Shown: positions 13,775-25,700 of the stretch, one piece after another
Position numbering within the stretch: position 1 is the stretch's first letter
How the letters are laid out: each line of letters begins with the position of its first letter
Assembly: GCA_000708835.1 (NCBI GenBank)
Contig: DF236974.1
Location: 50,626-114,625, forward strand
DNA from: Klebsormidium nitens
Lineage: Eukaryota > Plantae > Klebsormidiophyceae
Direction: 5' to 3'
DNA: 64,000 nt
Position numbers and translations under genes: made by a program
The notes under the pieces: generated by a model
Told to the model about the DNA's origin: nothing
Databases searched by the model: none
Seen by the model: the letters and a program-made list of their open reading frames with translations, nothing else

Positions 13775-13952
13775 TCCGTGTCAAAGTTTCAGGATTGTGT
13801 GCCTCGTGAGAAGATTGATTGTCAAGAATCTGTATCTTGACTTTTTTGTCAAAATTGAGTCAGCCTTTTGTAAGGTACGTCAGATTGACCAAGGAAAGTT
13901 CGTGAGCGGGGTGGAGACTTCATTTTTGGAGAATAAGACTCCGGCTTTCCTA

Positions 13953-14176
13953 CCATGTTAGCTGGAAGAGCTTAATCCTTGAGCACCTTTGTCCTCGTGA
14001 TGTTGTGACGTTTCGTACACCGATAGGTATTTCGCTAGCGTGCTGCAATTTGCCTTTATTGTAACTCCATGTTGGCCGGAAGAGTTTTATTCTTATGTAC
14101 CTTTGGATCCTCGCGTGAGGTTGTGAATTTTCGTACACCTTAATAATTCGCTAGCCGTTCTGCAGTTTATCCTCAA
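13953..14176. repeat. Two-copy degenerate tandem duplication, 114-bp period
   Basis: ccatgttagctggaagagcttaatccttgagcacctttgtcctcgtgatgttgtgacgtttcgtacacc...ttcgctagc (13953) vs ccatgttggccggaagagttttattcttatgtacctttggatcctcgcgtgaggttgtgaattttcgtacacc...ttcgctagc (14067). Confidence 0.85.
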
Positions 14177-14899
14177 ATGGTATATAATTGCTCTTCGGAG
14201 TTTACAATTAAGCATGGTACATCGATCGGTACGCGGTAGGTCAATGATCAGCACACATTGATGCAGACAGTACCGTCGCATATGAATATGTCATTGAACG
14301 TATGTTACTTACGTACGTTGAAGTTTTACATACAATTGAAGTTTGCATCTTTGTACGCGGCTTCATACAATCTGATGCAGCCGGCTCTGTACACATCCGG
14401 CTTCATCCGCAACTTGACCGTGAAGAAATTTGGCAGACAATTATGCACCTTAAACCTTGAGACACGTATGCTTCTACGAAGCGGTTTGAATGTCCAAACC
14501 TTATCAACCAATGATATGGTGCATATTAGTAGTGCGTGATCATTCTGATACATTCAATCAAAATTGAACTGGTGTTCTATACAAATACCCGGCACGCTTT
14601 CTAGCTACGCCTCTAACTGCAGGGCACGTGTACACATTAAATGCAAAACAGTCGCAGCGATCGTTGATGTGTTCGGCCTATGCTCACTGATGCAATGCAT
14701 GACGTCAATACACTTTTATACTTCGACCAATAGCATTGTTGATATACAAACAAACATACAAAAACAAACAGAATAAGGTGGTCATTAATTGCTTTCTTGA
14801 GCAGCCATGCACCTGAGACTGAATGAAGTTTATAAGAAATTTGCAAAGACAGGTTACCTTGACAGACTCAATGTGACATTAACGTACATAGAATCACGA

Positions 14900-17800
14900 T
14901 CATGGTGACTTCCGTTCTCGTCTACCAAGGACAGGAGGGTCTAGTATTGAATGATCAGCGGCAACGACGGGCAGTTTCCGGTAAGCCGGCCCGTCCAGTC
15001 GGTCGGCCTCGTTGCGGCCCCACGTCACCAGGAAGAGACCCGACAGGATGAGTACCCCACCCAGGATGCTGCGGAAGGACAATGAAACATGCTGTCAGTG
15101 TGTGCTGGACCTGACGCAATATATAAGGAAGACTTCATGGACGCGAGGAGAGAACTGAAGGCCGCTGCGCTTGGTGGGTTGAAACCATGGATGCAGTCAA
15201 CGTCTAGTCCAAGTAGCAAGGGACAACCTGCAGTCGATCAGAAAACGATCAGACGACTCCGTTCCAGGCCAGCTCCACGAGACGAGCTCTTGCGGCCATT
15301 TCGAGACGAGCTAACGAGCCTTATCTTCACATCCTTTCGACCGCATAGTGAAGCGGGACAAGAGACCGCGAAGATCCGGACCCAAAGAAGGCCGCTGCAC
15401 TACCTCCTCGGCAGACTGTAATGCTGATCGAGAAGACGGCTTTCGAAGAAATCGCGACAACAATCGAAGGATCGAGGACCGAGGAGCTAGCCATTCTAAG
15501 ACGGCCGCTGCGATCATCTCCCCAGGTAGGTGGCACTCCCGAGAAGGGGGATGGCTCCACCGCTGACTTGGAACCGACTACAAGTCCGAGACGGCCGCTG
15601 TGCTCACCTCCCCAGGTAGATGGTGCTGTTGAGGAAGAGGCGCGAGAGGAGCGCGGACGCGAGCGGTTGGAGGGGCAGGTACATGGCCACGATCGCGGGC
15701 CCGACGCACTTGTTGGCCCACGACATGAGGCCGTAGTTTACAGCGGAGGCGATGATGCCCTGCGAGAAAACAAGAGCGCGGCTTTGAGAAAAAGGTTAGG
15801 AAACTTAGAAAGAAGTGTGGGGATGCTCGAGTTGGCCCACACCATAAGGCCGTGGTTTACAGCGAAGGCGACGATGCTCTATGGAAACATGGGAGAGCAT
15901 CCGTCAAAAGAGAACCAAAAGGCTTGTTGATGGTCTCTTGCAGCAAGGCAGGCATGCGGATGCCCGTAATGGCCCGCGTTAAGGGGCCGTTGAAGTCTGC
16001 AGCCGAGGCCATGACGCCCTTTGGAGTTCGTGATAGAGGCGGCCGAGCGGTGCCAAACCAGAATGTGATGCCTCTTGTGCTGGACCAAGGCGTGCAGAGC
16101 GAAACGCGGCGATGATGTAACATAGAAGGTGTCGAGCATGGGTGTGACGTAGAGTAGAGCAGCTACGCCCCTTTCAACCAAGCACAGAAACACTCCTGCA
16201 TTGTATGCAGATCCATCTGCTAGCAGTCGGCCGCATGCCCTCGACGGCATGATGTCGAAGTTAACAGGGGGTGAGTTCTGCGCCGAAACACCCGCAATCC
16301 GTGCAGTTGTGAATAACAATTTGTCTTTCAATCGCAACGACAGTTTTACGATAGTGTAGGCACTCACTCCGTACAGGACCGCTCCAATCTGCGATCCAGT
16401 GAGCACCCAGGCCGCGCGGGTGTCCACGAAGAGCAGCGCGCAGAGCAGCATGAGCAGGGCCCCGAAGAAGTAGGCCAACGCAGTGACGGACAGCGGGGCG
16501 GGGTAGCGCTGCAGCACGGGGGACTGCAGAAAGGAAGAAGCGCAGCGGGGGTTCACTAAGCTCTGCGGCCAAGAGTGAAACAGGTTGGCTGGTCGAGTCC
16601 TTGGTTTCGAAGGGCAACTGATCAGCCGAGGAGCTCTGTTGACACAGATTGGACAACCATAAACTCTGATAGTGATAAGGACCTTAAGGTACTGAAAGGT
16701 CTAGTTCCTCGGTTTTAATCAACAACGAAACCCCTAAGGACAAAATGACATGCTCCACACCCGAACCCACCCTAACCACCAAAGTAACCCCACCCGCCCT
16801 CCTGTAACTTAAGTTCCTTGTTACTTTCAACCTTTGTCCCCGATCAGATTGGGGCCTCCAGGTACAACCGGAAGACCAACTAGACGGTCTCGAAATGAGA
16901 CGGTGTCCTGTGCCAGTCGTTCACAGGGACAAGGAATCATAGGAATCATAGAGTCTGCGATTACCTTGTTTCCAAAGGCGGCTGGGACCAAAAAATCTCA
17001 TGAGACTGCATGATAACGACTTTCTGTTCTTCCATCCGTATCTCTGAGCTGCCCCTACGTGTAGTCCGCCGAACCGATGCAAGAAAGCGGGAAACAGCCC
17101 TGCCACGTTCCACGAATCGACAATCATTCGTACTTACATGGAAAGCTTTTCGACCATTCCGGACAGCCGTCTCAGTGTATCATCTTCTTCTACCAGACAG
17201 TCGTTAACCCGTGACACTCCCAACATTGGGGTCGCTCCAATCGATGCTACTGAACGTCCGCAAAGCCTGTGACATAAGCATCCTACTCGCCGACATGGCG
17301 TCACGCCCAAACCACCCCAAAAGCAATCGTGTGGCACCGACCGCAAGTTTAACGTCCCTGGAAGAACGACAAAGGCCGCACGATTGTAAAACGCCAAAAA
17401 CTGAAGGGCCTCACCTGTACTGCTATGTAAACCGACATGGATATGCAGTTGCCAATGAGGCAAACAACCCCCAAATGCCACCAGCTCATCCCATAGCTAG
17501 CCAAACTGCGCCCCACATATGAAACGTCCTCTGACACCACCAAAGCAGAGCGGCCTGCCGCTTGCAGGCCGTTTGCCTCGTCGGTGCCAAAGACGGGGGC
17601 GCCCCGGTAGATTGCCATCAAAAGGGCGCCCGAAACGCAGGCGAGCACGCCTGCGACTTTGGCCTGGCCGTCTTTTCGGCGGAGGAAGACGGTCTCAGCC
17701 CTGCGGTGAAGACGAAGGAGTTAGACTTCAACGTCAAATGCTTTCGTTCGACTTCCGTCCCTCTCAAAGAGGCTTATCTGATTGGATGCAAGAACAAGAA

Positions 17801-19119
17801 TGCAATCAGTGATAAACATGTACAGCTGATTGAGTTTTTTTGAGTTGGGAATCCTCGATCTGCAAGAGACAGGGCAAAGAGAGCCCACGGTGCGGGACGC
17901 ACGATGGATACATTCAGTAGATCCTGTCAGAGGGTGAGCGTTTCCAGGCCACTATTAGCAGTCAGAAACCAGCTAGCAAAACAGAACCTGAATCGGTAAA
18001 TGTTTCACAAAACTCACCCAGAAACAATGGCGAGTAGGAATGTCAAGACCGGGATGGATGGTTGCATCGCTGCCGCGTACATTGGAGAAGTATAGTTGAG
18101 CCCAAACATGAAGAGGAGCTGGTTGCCTAGGATCCTGCAAGGAGGGGCAATTCAAAATAGTCAATCACGTCCACTACAAGGCACCAAGAGATTGGCTTGT
18201 TTTGATCCATTGCACTCACTACTCAAAGCCTTGGCAGCAGTACGACAGTGCTGTGGACTTGACCACTTCCATCAGGTTTCTTTGGCAGCGGGGATTGGGG
18301 AGCTGCTGACAGATTGACAGTACTGGCAATTGGCCTTCAAGGCCTCAAAGAGAAGCTGGCCCCTTAAATCCACCTCAAGTGTTCTGGTTTTCTGTGAGTC
18401 TCACATTCAGAACTCACCCCGTCATGCCGAGCAGTATAAATGATGCCAGAAGCCCCCTCGTCATTGGAGGCCGGCGGCCCCGCTCGCCAAAGAACGCCAC
18501 CGGCGCAAGAATTGCCAGCGCAATGATGTCTCGGAGAGCGCAGAAAACGAACTGGTTGACGCCGCCTTTGAGCGCCACTTTGACAACCACATGGTAGCCT
18601 CCATAAGCCACCTGGCCAAGGCACTCGAGGAACATCAGATCTTAAGCTGCCACAATGAGATAGTAAGAAAGAGTTGCTAGTATTGACCTTTGTCATTTCT
18701 CAGAGACTGGAGGCAAACGGACAATACTGAATTAGAAAAACATACGTATCAAGTGTTGGTGTTCAACTCTCTCGGCCAAGGCATGCCGCTCTCAGCTACA
18801 TGGTGATACCAACTTTCACCCGGCCAAAGAGACTTCAAAGAACCTTGCGTAACATAATTTGCCAGGTGTCAAAAGTAATAGCACCAACCTGGACGAAGAC
18901 GAGTGCAATATGCACCAACCCAGTGCTTCCCGCCATTTTCCCCAACACTGAGTTACTCCAGAGGTTCAGAAATGGGGCAATGAGGCCCTTTAAGGCCCCT
19001 GTCGCTACAGCCTTCTCATCTGCGCCCATATGGGGCAAAGTCCCCCAACTCGAGCTTGATCGGATCCTCCGCAACCCGGGAGATCCCTGCCCGGGGGCTA
19101 TAGCCTCAGCGGCAAGCAT
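14900..19119 (-). CDS. WAT1-related / UMAMIT (MtN21, EamA) transporter, 7 exons
   Basis: Exons ~19119-18889, 18611-18418, 18134-18018, 17700-17415, 16523-16368, 15759-15608, 15068-14900. Motifs [89 protein letters not shown]. Start codon uncertain. Confidence 0.93.
15386..16022 (-). repeat. Decayed copies of both ends of WAT1 exon 6 in the flanking introns
   Basis: Acceptor-side copies at 15831-15881 and ~15985-16022 of real 15712-15762. Donor-side copies at 15499-15536 and ~15386-15420 of real 15589-15626. Confidence 0.85.
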
Positions 19120-20150
19120 GGAATCTCATCATAGTGGTCTGAAGGCATCTAGAGAAGGGCAATCAGAGTCCGTCGCATGCAAACGTTGACCATTGCATCT
19201 TCCATGGTGCGACACGGCCTAGTGTGTAGATCGCTCCCGTTCCACTCTGAGCCTCAGGATCTCATTCAATTGTTCTCAACGTCAGGGATGCTTCCACTGC
19301 CAGCGTCACGAGGAACCATTTTCCCTTCAAGTTCAACAATGCAATGTGCATTTCGATGCAGTCCAATAATAATAATGCAATAATGCAGTCCCCCTCATTC
19401 TGCTCGTGAAAGCGCGCGCGCGACGGGCCTTACATTCGGCGCTGACGGACATGCTTTTAAAATTGAACCAGTGGGCGTGCCGGTCAGCTAGCCTGCATCG
19501 GTGTGCCAGAAAGAGTAGTGCACATTCGGCGACTGCAACGGCAGGAAAGCCAGCTTTGTTGTCGCTGATCACGATGCCGCATGGGTGACCTTGACCAGTC
19601 CTGTGGTTCCGAACCTCCTAATCAAAGGCTACAGCAGCAGGAGCAGCAGCCTCAGCAGCTGGTCACTTTCTACGAGGCTATTCGCTGGGCGGCCCTTCAC
19701 AGGCCCTGCGGGCTAGACTTTGCTTGTGGATACCTGGATAAACAAGCAAGTCTGGGCAAGTCGAAAAGAACCAATTACCTAATCTAAGAATGTGACAGGA
19801 ACATAGCGCTTGATTAACTATTTCGAACGTCAGCTCGGAAAAGGACACTGCGGAACATGGCAAAGGATGCACGGCTTTCACGCTGATCGGATCATCATCC
19901 AAGCTGCACTTTGCTGCTAGACGATGAGCCCAATCAGCTGATCAGCTCAATGAACCAGCGGGCCCGACTCAGCTCTGGTCTCCCTTTTCCCCTTTGTGCT
20001 GTGCTCCGTCTTGTGAGTGTATCCCAATCATGAGGCTGCAACCAGAGCGGGCGGCTCTGGCAGCATCCTTGAGAAGACTTAAAGCTTGGCAGAAGACTTA
20101 AAGCTTAGAATCTAAATGCGCAGTAGAGGTGGCAACTGAAGAGGGCAGTC

Positions 20151-21423
20151 ATGGGGCCTCCTGCCATGGATCCTGAGAAGACCAGAGATGAAGCTGATGC
20201 CACCAATGCACCAGCCAGCCAGCCACGTCCCATTCAAATTGTCACAAGCACTATGGCCAGGGAATTTGAAAAGAGCGCAACTGAGATAGCTGCATCGGTG
20301 AGTATCCTTTGCAACATCTCAAAATATCTATAGAGTAGTAGTGATCTAGCAACTTGACCAACGAGCTGCAGAAAGGGTCCAAAGATACGCTGCAGCTGTT
20401 ATTTGGGCTCTTTAAGGCCAAAAAAGAAGTTACAAAGTATCGACCCTGCGATTCGACCCTGATAGCCCTTTCAGGAATCAGTACCTTCATTCCAACTTTG
20501 TGACCAATGTCAAATTGAAAGAAAGACATCTTTTGAAGACCCCTTTGGAATCTGCATCAGTACATTGTATTCTTTGAGAATGCACCTCCCCCCCATGCTT
20601 CTGAAGATTGCTTTATATTGACTCCAAGTCCTGCCATCGGGATGAATCTATGGTGTTCCGCACTCAATTCTTGGCCACAGAAACTTGTAGGCCTGTTATG
20701 AGAGTTCATTGCAAAGCTGTGCGTGTGAGTTACGGGAGTTTTTTCCTTAAAAACTCTGTTAAGTTGCCGCCTCTGGTACACATTGCTGGGAATTCCGGGC
20801 ACACTTTTCATCACAAAATGTTTGTGGATGCATATTATTCTCAAGCTTGATTTGGAAAGCGGAGCAGAGAAAGTTGTGGGAGCTGAATGAATGCCTGTTG
20901 TTGAACCGTGTGCCTGTTGGGCACACGACGGGGACTAGATTCCTGAGGACCTACTTCAAGTGGATGTAAGCCCCGAGAACCTTAGTATCACCACTTGGAA
21001 AAGAGAAATTCATTTCTTACTCAGGGTTCTGCTTTCCCACAGCAACCCAGCAGAGGCCTCGTCCTTCTTTCAAGAATTGAAGCAGGAACCACTTTCTTTT
21101 GAACTGCTTTTCTGCAAATGAAACGAGAACCTCAGGGAGTTTGGTCACGCTTGACACCCCCATACGTTCGGCAGGCGTTCGACTACTACAAGCAGCCCAA
21201 GGACGTGGCGACGTACATCAAGAAGGAGTTCGACAAGCGCTACCCGAGCGACGGCAAGGCCACCAGCGGGGTGTACCACTGCATCGTGGGCCGCAACTTT
21301 GCAGCGAGCGTGAGCTATGAGACGCGCTTCTTCCTGCACTTCCGGGTAGGGCAGGAGAACGTCATCATCTTCAAGAGCAAGGATAGCCCCTTCGACACCG
21401 ACCAGGTCGACCTCAACAAGTAG
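20151..21423 (+). CDS. Dynein light chain type 1 (LC8 family), 2 exons
   Basis: Exons 20151-20297 and 21175-21423. KDVATYIKKEFDKRY...YHCIVGRNFAASVSYET...IIFKS is the LC8 signature. Start may be 20151 or 20166. Confidence 0.88.
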
Positions 21424-22712
21424 AGGGACCATGCAAAATTGAAGCTTGGGATCTGTCGTAGGAGTCGCTCTGAGTAGACTACGGATGTTAGACGATGGGT
21501 TAGACCATGCGGAAGACGCCAGATGTGCAAATGATGCGTCACGTTCAGGTATTCCTTTCTGGTGAATGCAAAGCGGATCGGCGCCCGTATTTCGTGCGAG
21601 GTTGTTCTCATGATTGAGATGCAAGATAAGACGGTGATCTGTTGCTCCGGCCTCTCTCGGTGCCACTCCTAGACATGTTGCTCTGCTCCGAGGGAGGCCA
21701 CGACTCTGGCCGAAAAGTGGCTGGTCGTCTGATACCTAAGGTCTGGGGTAAGGCCAATGTCATGAAGACTGACGTTGCCTCGCGGGGGCTTTAAGGTTCG
21801 AGATTGACCTCTTGTTCCAAGAAACTCGAAAGAAAGGAGTCAAGCGTGAATTTTAACCTTAGCAGCCTCGACCGTAGCGCATAACCGTGTCTCGACTAGC
21901 TTCGCAGATTTTGTGTAGAGTGTAGTTGTTTTCCCATAATGCTACGTACACATCGAAACGTCGCGCAAACGAGCATATGCCTAGCATATGTCTGCATTGG
22001 ACGCGTCCAGCTGAACGCTTCGAGCTCTCTACGCGTGTATCACAAGTAGATCCCGTAAGTTGAGGGGCCTTCATCATGCGATAGTATACAGATCGAGTTT
22101 ATTATAATCTCTGGAGATTTCTCCGTGGTCGGGTGTAAGTACGTTGCATCAATTAACTTGCGCGTGCCGCATGAGTATTATAAAATCATGTGAAATCCAA
22201 TCTGCATGCCGATCGAAGCAAGTCCCTAAATGTTGCAGATCATGCCAGCATGCGGCCAGCGTCATTGCGCCCACGTTAACAACACATGCGCACATGCGAT
22301 CGTCGCTTGCCACTGAGCGTACACACAGCTAAAGCACTTCGAATCCGAAACTCCGAGTCGCTCGTTTTTCAGTAATATACCGTACATGCGCTCATGAGCT
22401 TATGACGCTGCACACGTGAGTCATTCGCTCATGGTCACTGACTGACATGAAGCTTAAGCGCTTTCGCCAAGTCAAGAAATAGAGATGCGCAAACTTAATA
22501 AGCATCCTTGGGCCGCCATACGAAGGGTTTTAGGGCTTCGTATGGCGGCCCTTCGCTCGTGTCCAGACTGCTGCCTTACGGTCACTTCACGTTCAGGACG
22601 GCTGCAAAGCCTAGACTTGCACAAGCGAAGGGCCTTTTTCGATGGGGTCTGCATGCCGCCGACAGCAGGCCAAGCTCGCCCTGGAGTCCACTTCGAGCAG
22701 AGTAAGACGCTA

Positions 22713-25700
22713 TCAGTGCGCCTTCTTGCCAGGAACTGTCAGCTGACCGTACGACTGGAGCCGCGACTCCGACAATCCAAGCGCAGCAGCTCCGCCCTTC
22801 TTCTTCCTTCGCTTGCGCTTCTTCTTCCCCTCCGCATCGCCGCTCGCCTCCCCTTGCGCTTCCTGCTTCTCTTCAACCCCGTCAGCGCTCTCCTCTTTCT
22901 CGCGCTTCCGCTTCTTCTTCTCTTCCTTTCCGTTCGTCTCCTCCCGTCGTCCCTCCGCCTTCCGTCCATCCTCACTCCTAACCATCTCCTTAACCCCTTT
23001 CTTCTTTCTCTCACCCCCCTCCTTAACCCCGTGGTTTTCTTCCCCTTCCCTAACCCCCTTCTTCTCCTTCCTACCCCCCTCCTTAACCCCGTCCGTCGCC
23101 TTCTTAACCCGCTTGGTAACCGCCCCGTGGTGCTCCAGCGCCTTCTTCTTGCGCTCCTTGCGGCTCAGCCGCAGTTTGGCCTTAGCCCACTTGGGCAGCC
23201 GCCACTCGTCCGGCCGGTACGGCGCGATGTTTTTCAGCGACACTAGCGCGTTCAGCTCCTTGTCATCCATCGCCAGGATGTCGTCCGTCTGCAGCCCGAA
23301 CGTGTTGGACTTGACCTGTCACGCAAAAGCGGAATCAAAGCTTAAAGTGGCTTTGACGGTTAATTCGACGGTCATTTCCTGAAAAGAAGAGAATGAAAAG
23401 ATCCGAGGACTGTGCAATTAAATCTCCTTTTCGTTCAGCGCCAGGATGTCCTCTGTCTGCAACTCAAACGTTTTGAACTTGACTTGCAATGCATTGAAGA
23501 ATGGGATCAGGAGCGGTAGACTTTGGTAGTACAGCTCGTGAAAGAAGAGGACTCGAATACTGCTGCGAGAAGTGGTGCGTTCAGCTCCTAAAATCCAGGG
23601 CCAGGAGGTCGACCGTCTGCAGCCCGAACAGGTTGGACTTGACCTGAGAAGTAACAGAGGAGTGGCAAGTTCGAAGGAGTATACTTGTGCTATTCGATCT
23701 TAGAAAGAGAGGTTGAGAGGTCTCTGCGTTCAGTTACTTCTGTTGAAACTTGACACACGAAAGTAGCGGTGACGTTCGCTCTAGGCAAGTGATAATATTG
23801 TTCTGAGTCCTAGGGTTGTGGGAAAAAGACCAGAACAGATTCCGAACAAGCCCGTTCGACGTCTTGCTATTCACTCAGGGAGTTTTGCCATCTGACCCCG
23901 ACGTGTTGAATTGGACCTAAACCAACACGGTTCCTCGAGGTTCGAAGATTTTTACATAAGAGGCTTGGAAACCCCTTCATGGAATAAAGCCAGCGTGTTT
24001 CGTACTCAAGTTCCAACAGTTGAATAACGCCGTGTGCAGCTCGAAATTGTCCGTCGGCCGGCGTCGTCGAGAGCAGTCATCTTAAAACGGCACTCTCCAA
24101 AGTCTTTGACAACTCCAAATCTGCGAAGCGACCTCCACATCTTGTGCTTCGACTACAACGGCGGCTTCTCTTGGGGACCAATATGCAATAAAATTACGAG
24201 CCTGCCACTTGTGCGCGAGTAGCTGGCAGAGAACGACTAATGACCTGGTGGGTCCGCCAACAGAAGGGCTTGCAGCAAACACAAAAGCGGAAAGTCGAGC
24301 AGGCGGTCTTACGTCCAACATGAGTTGGTTCTGCTTCGACTTTAGGGTATCTACCAGCATGCATAGAAGACGCTGTTGCTCGCAGATGCTCAGAACGACG
24401 TAAAAGGTATTCTGTTCAATCCGCCTACGCCCTTCGATCGAAACGCTCTGACCAACATGCACAGACTCCCTACAAGATCCCGTCTCCTCTCGGCAAAGCC
24501 CAGCGCACATCAAGCGAAAGTTGGAAAACACAGCACGCCCAATCTGCAACCCAAATCTCCCTCACAACTCACTGCACCCACAAAATACCCGAATCTCAAG
24601 AGAGGTACGAACTGAAACCATTCCCCTCACCTGTGCATACTTGAAGCGCGTCGGCAGGTCCCCCACCACGTCCTCGTAGTCCAGCTTATAGTACTCCTCC
24701 AGCTTCTTCTCAAACGCCTGCTTGTCCTCCTGGAGCACTCGGTACGCGCGCTGCCGCTCCTCGTCTTCCTCTTCCCCCCCCTCCTCCTCCTCTTCCTCTT
24801 TCCCCCCTTCGTCCTCACCCTCGTTTCCCCCCCCTTCCTCGTCACTGTCTTCCTCCCCCCCATCTTCGTCCGCCCCCTCCTCTTCTGAATCATCCGCACT
24901 CTCGTCGTCTGAATCCTTTCTCTGGACGTCGTTTTCGCTGCCCCCTAACCGCATCCTGGCCGCCTTGAAACCGACGGCTTTACTTGGCCCCACGGCAGCG
25001 GGTAAATTTGCGGTTTCGTCTTCGTCGCCCTCTGGCGGGGCCCAGTCCCCGTCTTCGTCTATACCTGCAGGCGCAAACCGCGGCTGACTGAGCGGGTTCG
25101 ACGAGATAAGCAGCGGCTAAGTAGCCAACCATAACCAGGACCCCCAAAAAAGCCATAAAAGAAACGAGTATTGCTAATGCTTGAAGCGTTCTTTAATGGC
25201 TTCAATACACTGACGGGCTTTAAATGACGTCCCGGAGCACTCCACAACATGTACCTGACTCCTGACGCGAACATGCAGTCTGACCTTTTCTCTTCATCTT
25301 GCCGTGCTCTGAGAATCGGTTCTTAACCCTGATCGTAAACCGAAAGAAGTAGCCCTGTTATTTGCTTCCCAACTACTTCGTTGCGAAACACCACAGCACG
25401 TGTTGTCTGAATCTCAAGCGTTGCTCTGACGGGGGACCTGCCGGTTGGCATAAAAGCAAGGCACCGAAGTTGCCAGTTTGACTAAACGACCAAGTGAAAC
25501 GATCACAAGAAAGCCCCTAAATCTTCCCGCCAGTCCCTCTTCAAGTATACCACCTGGAGGCTCCATCAGCAAATGTTTTACCGTTTGGGCACCAACATAA
25601 ATATTACGTCCAAATCATGGCAACTTTAAACAAGCCAGGGAGACATCCCAGTCAAGGGCCGACCATCCAACGCACGTACCTAGAAGCTCCTCGTCGTCCT

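Noticed and set aside
15421-16556. ORFs 15421-15930 (+) and 15879-16556 (-)
   Set aside because: Antisense of WAT1 exon 6, and intron read-through of exon 5.
20042-20106. Small hairpin CCAGAGC/GCTCTGG and 16-bp direct repeat AGAAGACTTAAAGCTT (period 19) upstream of the dynein light chain
   Set aside because: Real but short; consistent with ordinary slippage, with no functional evidence.
22485-23382. Long plus-strand ORFs (253 and 189 aa)
   Set aside because: Antisense shadows of the purine-rich KRI1 last exon.
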